The position numbers and the translations under genes were made by a program. This document shows, piece by piece, positions 37,492 to 49,740 of a stretch of DNA of 64,000 nt. Source of the DNA: Eimeria praecox (Eukaryota); assembly GCA_963920595.1 (NCBI GenBank), contig OY986950.1:2232001-2296000 (forward strand), written 5' to 3'. The notes under the pieces were generated by a model. It saw only the letters and a list, made by a program, of their open reading frames with translations. It was not told the DNA's origin and searched no databases. Position 1 is the stretch's first letter; each line of letters begins with the position of its first letter.

Positions 37492-40400
37492 ATGTCAGAA
37501 CCGGGGGGGACACCTGCGGAGGTGCACGCGGACGAGTTGAGGGAAGCGGAAGTAGAGCACCACACTGTAATTAACCCTTTCTGATTATCCCTGACGTACC
37601 TTTGGGCTGTGCGAGAGCCATAGATAGGCGACCTCCTTTCATGGTGTTTACCTTCGCTGAGTCCCTATTCTGCGCTGTACTCTGGGGCCGAGGTGGCGTC
37701 GCTCATTGGATTTTTGATTCTGCCCACGAGTTGCGCAGGCAAGGGTTCAGGAGCCTGATGAGGGTCGCGCTGAGCAGCCAAATGACAAAGAGAGAAAGAA
37801 GCACCACTCAAAAAAGAGCAAACAACAGCGGCCCGAAGGCTCTCCAGACACTGACTCCGCAAAGCGGACGAAAAAAAATGCAAAACAGGCGGATGAAGGG
37901 GTTCAAGACTTTGCCCCTGCCAAATCCGAAAACGATCAGCGAAGTGAAGCTTCTGAAAAGAAAAAGAAGAAGAAGAAAACCGTAGTCGTTGCTGTAGAAA
38001 ATGCCGAAGCCGACCAGGGCTCACTGGACCATTCGCAAGCTCCCGCCTCTAACAAGGCTCGCAAATCCACTCTTCTTATGTGTGACAACGCGGCTGCAGT
38101 TGCCTTGGGGAATCTTTTGGCCATTCAGGTAGGAAGCTTTTAAATAGGAATGAGCGAATAACCATCCTTGGATGTACGGAAGAGAAAAAGAGGGATTCCA
38201 TCCATGTTTACTTAGAGCATATTTGAGCGAAATGCCGCTACTGGGCCGCATACTATTTTATTTAGAGACAAGATCTCTATTATTTTAGTCCTAAGTGGTG
38301 CTCATGAGACCACTGCAGTGAAAAAGACCTCATAGGCGATGAGCCTTCTGGGAGGCCCCCACTGAAGCCATCAGGCAGCTTGGCGAGAAGCAGACACACA
38401 ATATGTGCCTTTTTGCCCCCTAGATACCTTGTCCTGCAATATGCGTTACATTGTTGTTGTCTGTTGGGAGCTGTACTGCAGCGAGAGATCCCATCCACAC
38501 CAGAGGCGCAGGATGAAACCGACGAGGGCAGATGGTTTGAAGAGATCGAAGATGAGGAAGTTGACCAAATCCTAGGTATCATCAGCACACCGCGAAAGTT
38601 CCTTGTCTGCTTCCTCCCCATTCCCCTTCCTGGAACGGATGATGAGAAACACTACGCCGAAGCAGATCGCGTGTAGATTGGCGATTCAAAGGGAAGCGTA
38701 AGTCTGCCCGTCCTCTAATTGTACTGTTCCTGTGTGAGGTGATTAAATATGCGTTTTCCTCGAACAGCCAAGGCGAAAATCTCCGAAACGCGAGTAGCGG
38801 AGCTGAGGAACGCTATCTCCGAAACTTCATCGAAGGCCCTTGAGGGCTATATTGATGAACTCGCAGTAGGCATGGCTGGAACCAGACACCAGTTAGCCAC
38901 CACCTCGCAACACTCCGCAGTAGCAAAGCATATCCTGAACAACTTCATATGCATGCGGATGGGGCACAGGATACTTATCGAGCTATCACACTACCTGGAA
39001 TAGCAAGAGCTAACAGTGTTAGAGAGCACTTATTGCGAGCTGCCTGGAAACTGAAACAAATTTCGTACCAATTCCTACCAACGCGCAAGTCGTCCTTCCT
39101 TATAAATAGCTCATATGTGAAGAATTCTTTGCCAGTTATATAGCGTTCTTGGTTGCTGTCCGGTTCCAGACACTAACGCAAGACAAAGCCTTCATGGTTG
39201 GGATTGCAGAGGAGGACAAAGTTATTGCTGTCGAACAGAAAGAAGCCCAGGAAAATATAGCAGCGTGCGTCGCGCAACAGAAGGAGCTGCAACAGCAGCA
39301 GCAGCGACTTTTACTGTATGAACAAGTCATCCGCAAGAAGATTTTAGATGAACTAGAGTGGCGGGAAGCAAAGCTAAAAGTGCTCCAGCGTCAGGCAGAG
39401 AAGCAAGACCTCAACAGACAGGTGCCGCCTAGCTTTTCCTATGAACAGGGGAGAGCCGAAACTAAGGTAGCCTCTGCTCCTTAGGAAGGAAGCAGACGCA
39501 CACCTAGTTTCTGTTCTTCGCCTTACATCCCATAGGCCCGGTGCCCTCACATCTGATCTTGCCCGTCCTTGACTACCGCTAGACTTGACACACAGCTACA
39601 CTCTACGCTTTTTGTCAGTTATGGCTCTAGCACTAACTTACCACAAAAGGCACTTTTTCGACCCCACAGTTCCCTGTGCGTTAACACACCGAGAACCGGT
39701 AGCCGCGTGCTACTGCGTCCAGGACCATCTTGTGAAATTGGTCCGGGAGTGCGAATGCCGAATGGAAGCATTAATGGGACGTCGTCAAGCCCGTTTGTCC
39801 TTTGTTTACGGCCTTCTAAAAAAGGAAGGGGAATACACTGCCGTTTCGAGGAAAACGGAAGACGCCAAGTCCAACGAAAGAAACAACTTTATTCCCATGG
39901 GTACGCAACAACAAAACGGGCAATTCCTCCTCAATGAAAGCAAAAAAGGGACCGAAGAGAAAGCTTAGTCTGTGTAGCTTTGCTCCCTCGCAACAGCCGT
40001 GCATATAACACTCTGTAAAGGAAGTATTGCAGCAACGTCTCAGTTTCATGCCATTTGGCGCTGCGCTAATCCACGGGGGCTTTGCATGTACTTTGAGGCG
40101 CGGCTTTCGATTGGAACATTAGCTTGATGCGCGTTGTCAAGCCCTCAAAGTCAAATGAAGAGCATTCAGAACATGTTTGGGCTCCAACGGAAACCTGTCA
40201 TACCAATGCGCTCTACTCTATCTCCAGGCAAATCTTACCGCGTTGAATGGTTGCGTGCTCCTCAACCCCTGAAGATACAGATAGATCTCTGCCGGGCCCT
40301 CAAGGACAAAGTTCCACGTGGGAGATACGTGATTTCCGTTTCTATATGGACGCGCATCGGTGGGTTTGATTAAAGCCTTATACCATGGAACCTGGGCACG

Positions 40401-43400
40401 ATGCCTAAAGGGTCGCTTGTCAGCCTTTGAGACATGGGGTTTGCGAACTAGGAGGCACGCGTCTCCGCTGGAATGGATATCCGACTATCGAAGAGAAGCT
40501 TCTGCAAGACGCTGCCTCGAGGAAACAAAGCAAGGTATCCCTTCCAACGGCGTCGGCTGCCGACAATGAATCCGCAGAAAATGAAGCCTTCGCGGGAACA
40601 ACTGCCGCCGTCACCCAATCTGTGGAGTTTATTGCAAACTTCAGCGACGAATGCCTGAAGTGAGCGGCATACCTCCTCACTTTCTACTCTGGCTAGCACT
40701 TAAAAATGCACTGATAAAACTTTACTTCCATCTCTATATCCAACAAGGTTTTCTCCGGATCGTGCTGCCCCGTAACTTCCGACGTTTGCGCTTCCTAAAC
40801 TGCATTCTTGCATGCACACTCAAAACTTGCTTATCGTACTTGCCCTGCACATCAGATTCGACCAAACTCTCGAGCTGGCCTGCCCCTCCGAGACAGATGT
40901 GGAACCTGAAATGTGTCTAGTATTCGAGTTGTTTCTGCTTCGAGGCCAGCAATCTCCAATTGATAAGGCAAACAGACTAGCGAAAGAGACCCCACACTGC
41001 TGCGTCCAGTGCTGCAGGGCGTTGACTATGCGAGCGTAGTGCGTGAAACCGGGAGGCACCTAACTGCAAGGCGGGCTTGTTGGTTGTGCCGGTTGCATCT
41101 CAGGTCGTGGGCTGGGGCGCATTTCCGCTTGTAGATTCTGATTTTCGGCTAATTGAAGGGAGGTTCAAGGTAAAACCTGTTACCCCGGTTTCATTCTCCC
41201 ATTTATCGTGCTTAAAGGAAGTGCAAATGGAGGACAAACACTTAAGTGCTCTTGAGATTTGTTGTTGACCACAGCTCTCTAGTGCCCCCGCACCCTTGCC
41301 CCACATCCTAGTCAAACTTCCGATGAAGTCTTGCAGTTGAACCGTCTGCAAGTCAGTAGAAGTGGCTGTCTCCTGGCTACGCACAGAGCATGCGAGCGCC
41401 AACCTATAGGCATTGGGGATTGTCACACCCTGTTGATCTTGAAGGGCATGCTTGCGTTTTAGCTCTACAGTGCAACGCAGTCGGCTGTCTACCTTCAGGT
41501 TCCATTATTACGTGGATCAGTTGATCCGTCTATACGCCGGTATCTAGATGTGGAGCGGCTTATTAGTAATAACCTCGATTCCTGGCTATGCAACCTGTAT
41601 TTCCGCTGCGAACGGCTTCCCCAGTACACAAGGGGGCAGGTTGAATTCGAGCTCCAGCTTGAGCACGCAGCGACGTTACTTGGAGGGAGGAGGAAGGAAA
41701 CTGCAAGTGCCAAGCCCCAACAACACAATCATCTTTGGGAAGCATCTCACGAGCGCGCAAAAGGTGTGCATTGCCCTGAGCAAACAGCCATTGTTCAGAG
41801 CATCTTGATCCCACAAAGTGTGCCCCAGTGCACCGAACAGCTTTACAACGAAACGTTTGCGCGTCAGCTGCCTCTACTACCTGTTCAGCGGAGGATCTCG
41901 TCCAACAGCTTGTCAGCGCGCTTCAAGCATGCGAAGAAATTTCTGGCGGTAGGCAGCCTGTGCAGGCCGGTTTATCCAGGCATTAGAAATAAGGACAGTG
42001 CTTCGGCCTTTAGCAAACCACAGGCGTCATCTCCGCACTCAACTCAGCTACCTAACTAAATTTTCCAAGTGCTTGTGTGTGACTGAGTTCTGCAGAGTCT
42101 TCAACAGTCGTGTCCAAAGACGGTGTGCGCGCTTGGCGGCATAAAGATGCCCCATCAGCTTTGCATTCTACTCCGGATGTAAAGGCCCTTCAAGACTACG
42201 GCTACTCAGGTCTTCCCTCTTCGCAATTTTAACCTGTGTAGCTCCATTTATGTTTATCAAAGAAATACTTTCACACTAGGCAGCGCGCAACTGGCCGACT
42301 CACTCCTTTGATGCGACACGTTCTTGCCTCATTCGCTCGGAGTTCTACACGCCGCTAGATCCTGTTTTTATGTTGTGCTCTACGCATGAAGTCTACTGTG
42401 GCACCACCTTGTCTCACCCCAGTGAGGCTTCTCGAAAGCTGAAGTATTTAAAGAGCTCGCTGTTGGACGACTTTCGGCTATCTTTGAACCCAAAAGAAAT
42501 TGGTAATGTGCTGTTGCCTTGATGAATGTTTTAGACTGCCTCCACCTCACGTCTACAACAACGCATTTAGCCATGTAAAAGCGGATGGCATTGCTGCAAC
42601 TGCTGAAGTTAGAGTCCCTATCCACTGCCGGTTCGAAGGTCGCATGAGCATGGTGGTTTTGACACTGGTATATGTTTGAGCCCATGCAGCATTGGAGGTG
42701 ATGGTGGTGGCAGGAGAACCTGTGAAACCACTTTCCGAGGCATCAACACTTATGTGCATTTCTTTTCCTCAGCCAAGGTGGCGAGCGCCATAATTTGCAC
42801 CGTCCTTGCAGTTTGGTGCTGCAGTCTTATCTTTATGCTTGGCGTTTGGCTCTATCTGCGTTCTGCTAAAGTCCCAGTTCATAATATTCAGTTCAGTGCC
42901 TTCTACGTTCGACTGAGTTTCGTGCAGGTGGGTGCCTGTCTAGGATCCTCCATCACATGCACAATGCCATGCAATACCGTCGCGAAGCCCCTGGTGTCTT
43001 TCGTAATATTTTTCTGCGCAGGAATTACTATCTCTAGAGCAGACTATCAGCGTCACGGCAGCCGGCCCTCTTGCTTGCCTTGTTGCCTTTGTTCTCGTCT
43101 CACTGACCGTGCATGCTGCCAATATCACACTTGGGATGCAACCAGCAACAGGTAATGCTGAAGGTTTTCGTTCTGTCGTTATCTTGGGAGACGGTTCATG
43201 AAACCTTCGATTGGCGTGTTCATGCGATATCAAAAAGTATTGTACTGCTTCTTTCGCCTTCTCCTGTGCTACAGTTTATCAGTTTTGCAGTGCCCTGGGC
43301 GCCGCCACTGCCATTAATCCTGTCTTGATGGCCGTTATCGAGGGTATGAGCTCCAATCGGACAGGCATCTCCTTTATGCTTTTCAACTACTACATTAGGG

Positions 43401-44435
43401 ATGTCAACAATGCCACACTTGGAGTTATCATTGCGCTCCTCATCGACTTGACGTTCATTGGGTTTAGTATATTTGTACGTACTAGCGCACTTCCAGGCGT
43501 CAAGTGTCAGAACAACCATTCCAAGTGAAGGCAAATGTTTCCAAAGGTTGCCGTATGCCAAAATAAATGTACTTATCTACATGCCCATTTACGCCTTGGC
43601 AGGGACCATTGACGAGGCTCGCAGCAGGAAGCTTTCACGAGGCTTCTCCTTGCAGTTTCTTCCATGTGCAGGCCTACTACACCTATGCTATTTCGGTGCA
43701 TAGCCATGGGCAGGTGAAGGACACCCACAGGAGACTTACAGGGGATGAATCGCTTTATCACTTACCACTGGATACTGAGGTCTCGGAGAGGTACTTGATG
43801 GGGTGCTTAGAAAGTGCAAGGCAGTACAGAGGCCCGCAAGGGGAAGTTAGAAAGGTCCATGCAACTGAGCACCCAAGTCGGTAGAAGTGGTGCACCTTCA
43901 TAAATTTAAATTTTCACACTTCCCTTTATGCCATTCACTTAGCTCTCCGGAGGTCTGTAGTGCAAGCAGAGCGCCAGCAAGACTGCCTGAAACAGCGTGA
44001 TTTGATGTTGTCAGTCACGAAGCCGGATCAAGACTTGAAAGAATCTAAGGCACGAAGGAACCCTTCCCGGTTGGGAGGCTCACGTCGAACTGATCACCAT
44101 CTGACTCAGCTGGCGATATATACAGTGAATTCAAGGGCTGGTACCCAGACACTGTACAGGCAGTTTTTGATGTAAGCAAGCTCTTATCTTCGTACAGAAT
44201 GTAAGATTTAGAATTTTGCAGCCTATCCCGACCATCCGAAGTATTCGTACTTGAATGCTACTACATTCCCAATGCATGTTGTTGTCGAAGGCACCCTGAT
44301 GGAACTATTGTGGAAGTCCTTCCCAACTTCCCAGAGGGGACCTGCCCGCTGGAGGGGGCAGAGGATCACTTACAACTTTCAAAGGACCTAGACGGCATGG
44401 ATATTCCGCTAGATCAGGGGAAGATTATCTCATGA
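37492..44435 (+). CDS. OFCC1/ojoplano-like protein: coiled coil, C2-like domain and several TM helices; many exons
   Basis: Exonic motifs YRVEWLRAPQPLKIQIDLCRALKDKVPRGRYVISVSIWTRIGG (40234-40363), FDQTLELACPS..LVFELFLLRG (~40857-40945), VVGWGAFPLVDSDFRLIEGRFK (41104-41169) and VPLLRGSVDPSIRRYLDVERLISNNLDSWLCNLYF (41499-41603). TM exons at 42775-43490; C-terminal LYRQFLM/HPDGTIVEV with stop at 44435. Family assignment is from memory; the start at 37492 is tentative. Confidence 0.7.
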
Positions 44436-45261
44436 CGTGCTTTACTGTTGGCATATGTTGGTTTGTTGTTTCCGACGGTAGCAGCTTGTGCACAGTTTGT
44501 GCACGATCTCAACAATGCAATACCACTGTCTGTTAGTCATAGCTGTGCGCATTCCCACTTTAAATGATGCGCTTGAAGTTTCTCCACTCTGCGGCATCAC
44601 TTTCCAAAAGGTCTTCGTCTCCGACTACCCAGGGATAGGCGATAATATCGGACTCAGCGATTGGGCAAGAGCTTGCCATTGAAGGGGAATGCGATGTACC
44701 GAAACCAGAAATTGGGCACATAGCGTGCAGATTTTCATGATGGAAGGATCATTACCTACTCTCCTTTCTCTCCTGCGAGTGCTCGCATCAATTTTTGAGC
44801 TGCTCTAAAACCCTCCTGATTGGCTTTAGTGAGGGCTTGCTCACACTGAATCAGGCTTGAACGGCACAAGGGTCTTACCTTGTTTTGGTATTAAAGAGCC
44901 TTGATTGCGGCCCATTCGACTGCTAGAAGGGTTGCCTTAGTCAAATACCCCATAGTTACCAGCTGAGCCAGCTTCTCGTGCCGCAGCCTTAGTTCGCTGG
45001 GTTAGTGGGCTATTCAGTTGCTTGGCTTCATCCACTTGCATCGTTAGAAAGCATTCTGCCCTGAAGATGTGCGGCGCGTTGGCCTCGTATCAACAGACAA
45101 CGCATGCCTTTCTCAAACCCAGAACAAAAGTGCTCTTCATTCCTTTAGGTCAATCCGCTTAAGTCTGCATCTCCCCTCCCCTCTATGGTCACACCCTAAG
45201 GGCATAAGTGGGTTCAAAATGGCACGTCGCGCTAAAGCAGTGGTGGTATATCACGCAATTA

Positions 45262-48200
45262 TTATGCATTTTGCCGCGTCACGGTGTATGTTGAACTCCA
45301 TACGCTTAGACAAAGAGCGGGCTCTGAATATTCTGAAACACGAACGGCACCCCATCTGCAGGCAAGGTAAAACTGTGCCCGTTTAGTCAAAAGGGAGAAA
45401 ACAAAGCAAGCAGTTTGAAGGGGAAAGCAACAGAGTGGGTTCCACCGAGAAGGGATAAAACCCAAAACCGAATCTTTCAAAGGCAGATGATGCCTATATA
45501 TACTGCCAAATTGCTGTACAGCATTTCATGCATATGGCAGGCAACATTTGCGGGGGGGGAAGCCAGCTGCGTGCTGGCGGCGCCCAACAGCTACTATTCA
45601 ACTGCAACCTTGTGATGAGCTCCCAATACGGGATGCGCTTTTCGTCGTGTTCTTTGCGAAGCTGCTCGTAGACACCAAGGGAGCCGCAACCACTCCGTAG
45701 GGGCCATTGCCATGTTGAGCTTGCCCTTCCCGGTGGTCTGAAGAAGCTTAAACTGGCGTGGTGATATACCAGTCGTAGCATATGCTTGGGTCGGCGCTTC
45801 AACATGGCTCAGCGAGTGCTTCGCTTTACACTCTTGACTTACAAATCTGGCTGATTCCAATATTTAACGAGATTCAGATGTTTTAGCATGTCCTGCTGCA
45901 CATTATCAGGAAGAACGCGTTTGTCACCACAGATGGGGGCAAAGCGGATATAGCGCAGCATGGCGAAATTCATCATTTGAGCAGCACAGTTGAACGTGCA
46001 AAGGAGAACCATCGCCAAGTCATGAAAGAGGTTGTAGCCCTTTTTTATGCTACCGTAGAAGCGCGACTGAGCCTGCGTAAACCAAATGGACGTTACTTCC
46101 ACCACGTCCATGGAGAACATGAACAACACCCTGAAGCGGCCCATTTTGTCCCTAAATAGGCCGTGCTGCAAGCGCATACACAAATGCCGGTACTAAAACA
46201 CATTTGGGGGGGCTGAGCTGCATATGTGGCGTTAATTTCGTACATGCAGTTTTCCAGTGAATGGTGAAAGCAAGATACTTGACGCAGCGTGTCCCGGCTA
46301 GCTAAAAGCCCCCCTGTTTCTGTTGGGTGGGCCAACAGCGCTTGCAGCTATACTGAATATATAGGTTCGGACCTCCTGATATGATGGTAGGAGACCAACA
46401 ATCGAATTTTCGGTGAAAAATTCAGTTATAACGAAGACAGTTGAAGATACAAGCTTCTGGAGGATTCTTGGCCAGCACCGGTTGAAGACAAGGGACTGGA
46501 TTTCCTTCACGACTTTTGAAAGCCAAACTGCATTGATGCGGCGAAACACCGATTCGCCTGAAGGTCGCTGAGGCTCTTCAGCTCCTGTCAGCATCTGGGA
46601 GCCCCTTGGAACTTTTGGCGTCTTAGGCTTTGGTGGCACGTGGCGAATTATGCAACACTCGTTCGCAAAGCAATACCGTACCTCAAGGCCATCAAACTTT
46701 TCATTCTCCTTCTGCCCATTTTGTGCTTCGTTCTTCGAGGCACTCAGCTTCTTCTTCCAGTGCTCCACTGGGTGTGTGTATCGGCTGAGGTCCTTTGCTT
46801 TCCAGTGTCGCCAGTCGCGACGCAGATTGAGAACGAAATGAGTCCACATGTCACTGAAGAGACCGCCTACGAGGCCTTTTGTATTCTTCCCTTTTTGCAC
46901 AGCGACTGTAGAAATTGCATTCGCCCAATCAGAAGCTGTGGGTTTGCGGGCGTTAACAAGTCTGATTGTCTTTCGAAATGATACGTTCTCTTGAGGTTCC
47001 GAAGAAGGTTCCTCATAAACACTATGGCTGTAGTGTTGTCTTCTCTCGTTCATCCCAAAGATTATCTCGGTCCGCCACACAGTTGTTGACAAAAATTTAG
47101 TCAAGAAGAAAGGCCTGACGATAACAATCTCGAAAAACTTGAAAAGGAACTTTTTGGTTCTGTTCCAAACAGTGGGCTCTTCAGTGGTAGCACCCTCAAT
47201 GACTTCTACCACCCTTCTTTCCATATAAGCATACCCAAAGTGAAAGTACGAGAACGCAAAATCCTTAAAAACCATCAGCAGATACAGGAAAATACTAGAA
47301 GCCTTCATTAGCACCGTTCGGATAAGCAGGTATCTCCATGCGTCCCAGACAATTGCAAAGCAGCAAAGAATTTTGTCGAACTCTAGGGGGTCAGGTCCAT
47401 CAGGGCGTATTGGGACATGTGGTTGGCTGGGGGGAATGTAGTCAACCGAGGCTACAATGGGGGCAAGGATCCGGCTCTGGCGAGCTGCAGTGCTAAATGT
47501 CGAATTTTTGGATCCTAGCCGCGAGCTTCGACTTCGCTGTTCAGAAGTGCGACCGCTTCGTCGATGGGCTGCACTTCCGTTTCTATCTCTTTGCGTGCGC
47601 TGAGCTGTTTCGCCTCCGCCACTAAAATTGTCCTCCATACGCGAACCCCTATACAAGCTTTCGGATGGCCTCTGTATATTGGTGGGAGGCTTTTGGTTTC
47701 CACTCTTGCCGAGTGCTGATCCAGTTGCAAGGTCTGCTGAACCCTGCTTTAGAATGTCACTGTTTGATAACCCCTCCAGCTCTAGAAGGACTCGAACGCC
47801 CTCTTCACTGTCTTGTTGCAGAAACTCTTCAGTGTGCTCCTCTTCTACAGAAGATATTTCCTGACCCGTTTGATACGAGACGTTGTAGCCGAATTCTACC
47901 AGGACGTTTGTGGCCTTGTGCGTAGCGGGCAAGAAAATGGAACCGTAAAAATTTGCAAGTGCTAATTCTCCGATGAAAGATATCAAGGCGCTAAGTTGCA
48001 ACTGCGCAAATTTGTGTTGCATTGTTTCAAAAAAAGGCAAAAATACAGTCCGGTTGAATATGTCCACTCCAAAGAATACGATTCCCGGCAGATGGAATAT
48101 CAGTGCACGCCTGTATTGATCCCTAGTTTTCGCTAGGTATAGGCCCAAAGGAATGAGCAATATTGAGCCAAAAATGAAGGCTGCATATAGAGGCCAAGTG

Positions 48201-48826
48201 AAGTAATTGAAGAATGGCAAAACTCTACGGACCTCTGGGAATGTTTGAACATGGTACAAGGCAGCATTGGAAAGGAATTCAACAACGAAGTAGCCAGCGT
48301 ACCCTGACATTTCCCTCCAGAAGCCCACATTTCGGCCTCCAAGTGTCCACACTTTAACGTATAGCACATAAGTTACGTGCAGCGCGAATTCATTAACTAA
48401 GTACATGTAGCATATGTTTTCAACCCGAGCGTAAGCAAGGGGAGGGTCTATACAATTTGGATCCACTTTCTCCCCATTAGCGTCAAGTGCACAGGGCTGG
48501 GGAGGTCGATAATTTGGTATTGGTCTTCCAAGATCATCCAGAGGGCAGTCCTTGTAAGTGACCATCCATAACGCCATGACCGGATGAAGTGTGCTCAAGA
48601 ACATACAGAACATGTAGCAAAGGCGCCGATCCACGCGGCTGAGTTTTGCCGTTAACTGACTCCAGCACGCAGAAAGGCTTTTTTTTGAAGTTGACTTTGC
48701 TGCCACTCTTTCGTCTTGGCTCTTCACCAGAGCTTGTTTTTGCGGCATGATGCTGCCTGCGCTACCGTCAAGATCGGACGGAACAGCGACAAGTGTGCCT
48801 GTTCCTGTCCCTTCCATATCCTCCAT
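45262..48826 (-). CDS. Uncharacterised polytopic membrane protein (~1000 aa, probably 4 exons); the intact member of a local gene family
   Basis: Start context GGCAAAATGG. Exons 48826-46373, 46165-45843, 45737-45609 and 45355-45262 are phase-consistent; the last donor (GTTGCA) is weak. Roughly 8-11 hydrophobic segments separated by two large hydrophilic loops. Confidence 0.8.
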
Positions 48827-49740
48827 TTTGCCTAGTTATTTGCTTGGTGATTTTAAATGATATGGTTGAGGAGAAAGGCGCTCATGGTTACTGCGCAGGC
48901 TGTAGTAGAACGTGGTGGGGTCACCGCTGTCGCTCACGAGACAAAAATTCAAGACACCTCCAGCAAAGATCCCATCAATGATCACAGAAATCCTACCAAA
49001 TTTCTTGTTGAGAAAGTAAATGTTTTGTCTATGCAGATCGTTCAAATGGAGAGGTAGAATGGAGTTTGACGAAGCCCCGCCGCTGCCGCCGATTGTTCGG
49101 TGCCTCACACCAGTGGCACTGTTAAATTGTTAAGTGGAAAGCTTTTAGCACTGAGTGGAGATCAAAGCTCATTCATTATCATTGCCGCGTGAAGACTTGT
49201 GAAGTGGGTGGCAGGTATAGCAACGCTTTCACAGCTGCAGTGTACTGGGTAGGCGTAAGCATACGGGTTGACATACTATCTGGCTGTTGTTGATCAATAA
49301 AGGTTCTATGTTGGTAGAAGATCAGTGGGCTTCTAGGGAAGTTCCCTCCCAGCATTGGAATGCTCAATCAGGATGGGACCTCGTTGAGAGGTTACCCGCT
49401 AGGCTTTGTGAACGCTCACCTATCACGGCACCTCTGTTCCTCAATCAATGATAAGACTAGAATATCAGAAGGGAAAAATTCCTCTGTAGCATTTATCCTT
49501 CAAAGGCCCACCATAGGTTCATGCGTTTGTGCTCTCACCATGCGCCTGCCTCTGGTCCTAGTGAATAATTCACAGCTTCTATACTGAGGCTTACTGGGCT
49601 TCGACAGCCTCAAACATTTCTTTCAGGCAATCCCTTTAACTAAAACTAAGTTACGCTTTGCATCAGCAACAGACAGGCGTCCTTAGTTATCTGCAGCCCA
49701 CAAGCCGTTCTAGGAGTTTTTAATGTTTTCTTCAGAAATC

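Noticed and set aside
48836..49108. 90-codon ORF in frame with, and ending 9 nt before, the ATG of the membrane protein (possible readthrough or uORF)
   Set aside because: Non-ATG start and no protein-like composition, and the ATG at 48826 has a strong start context of its own.
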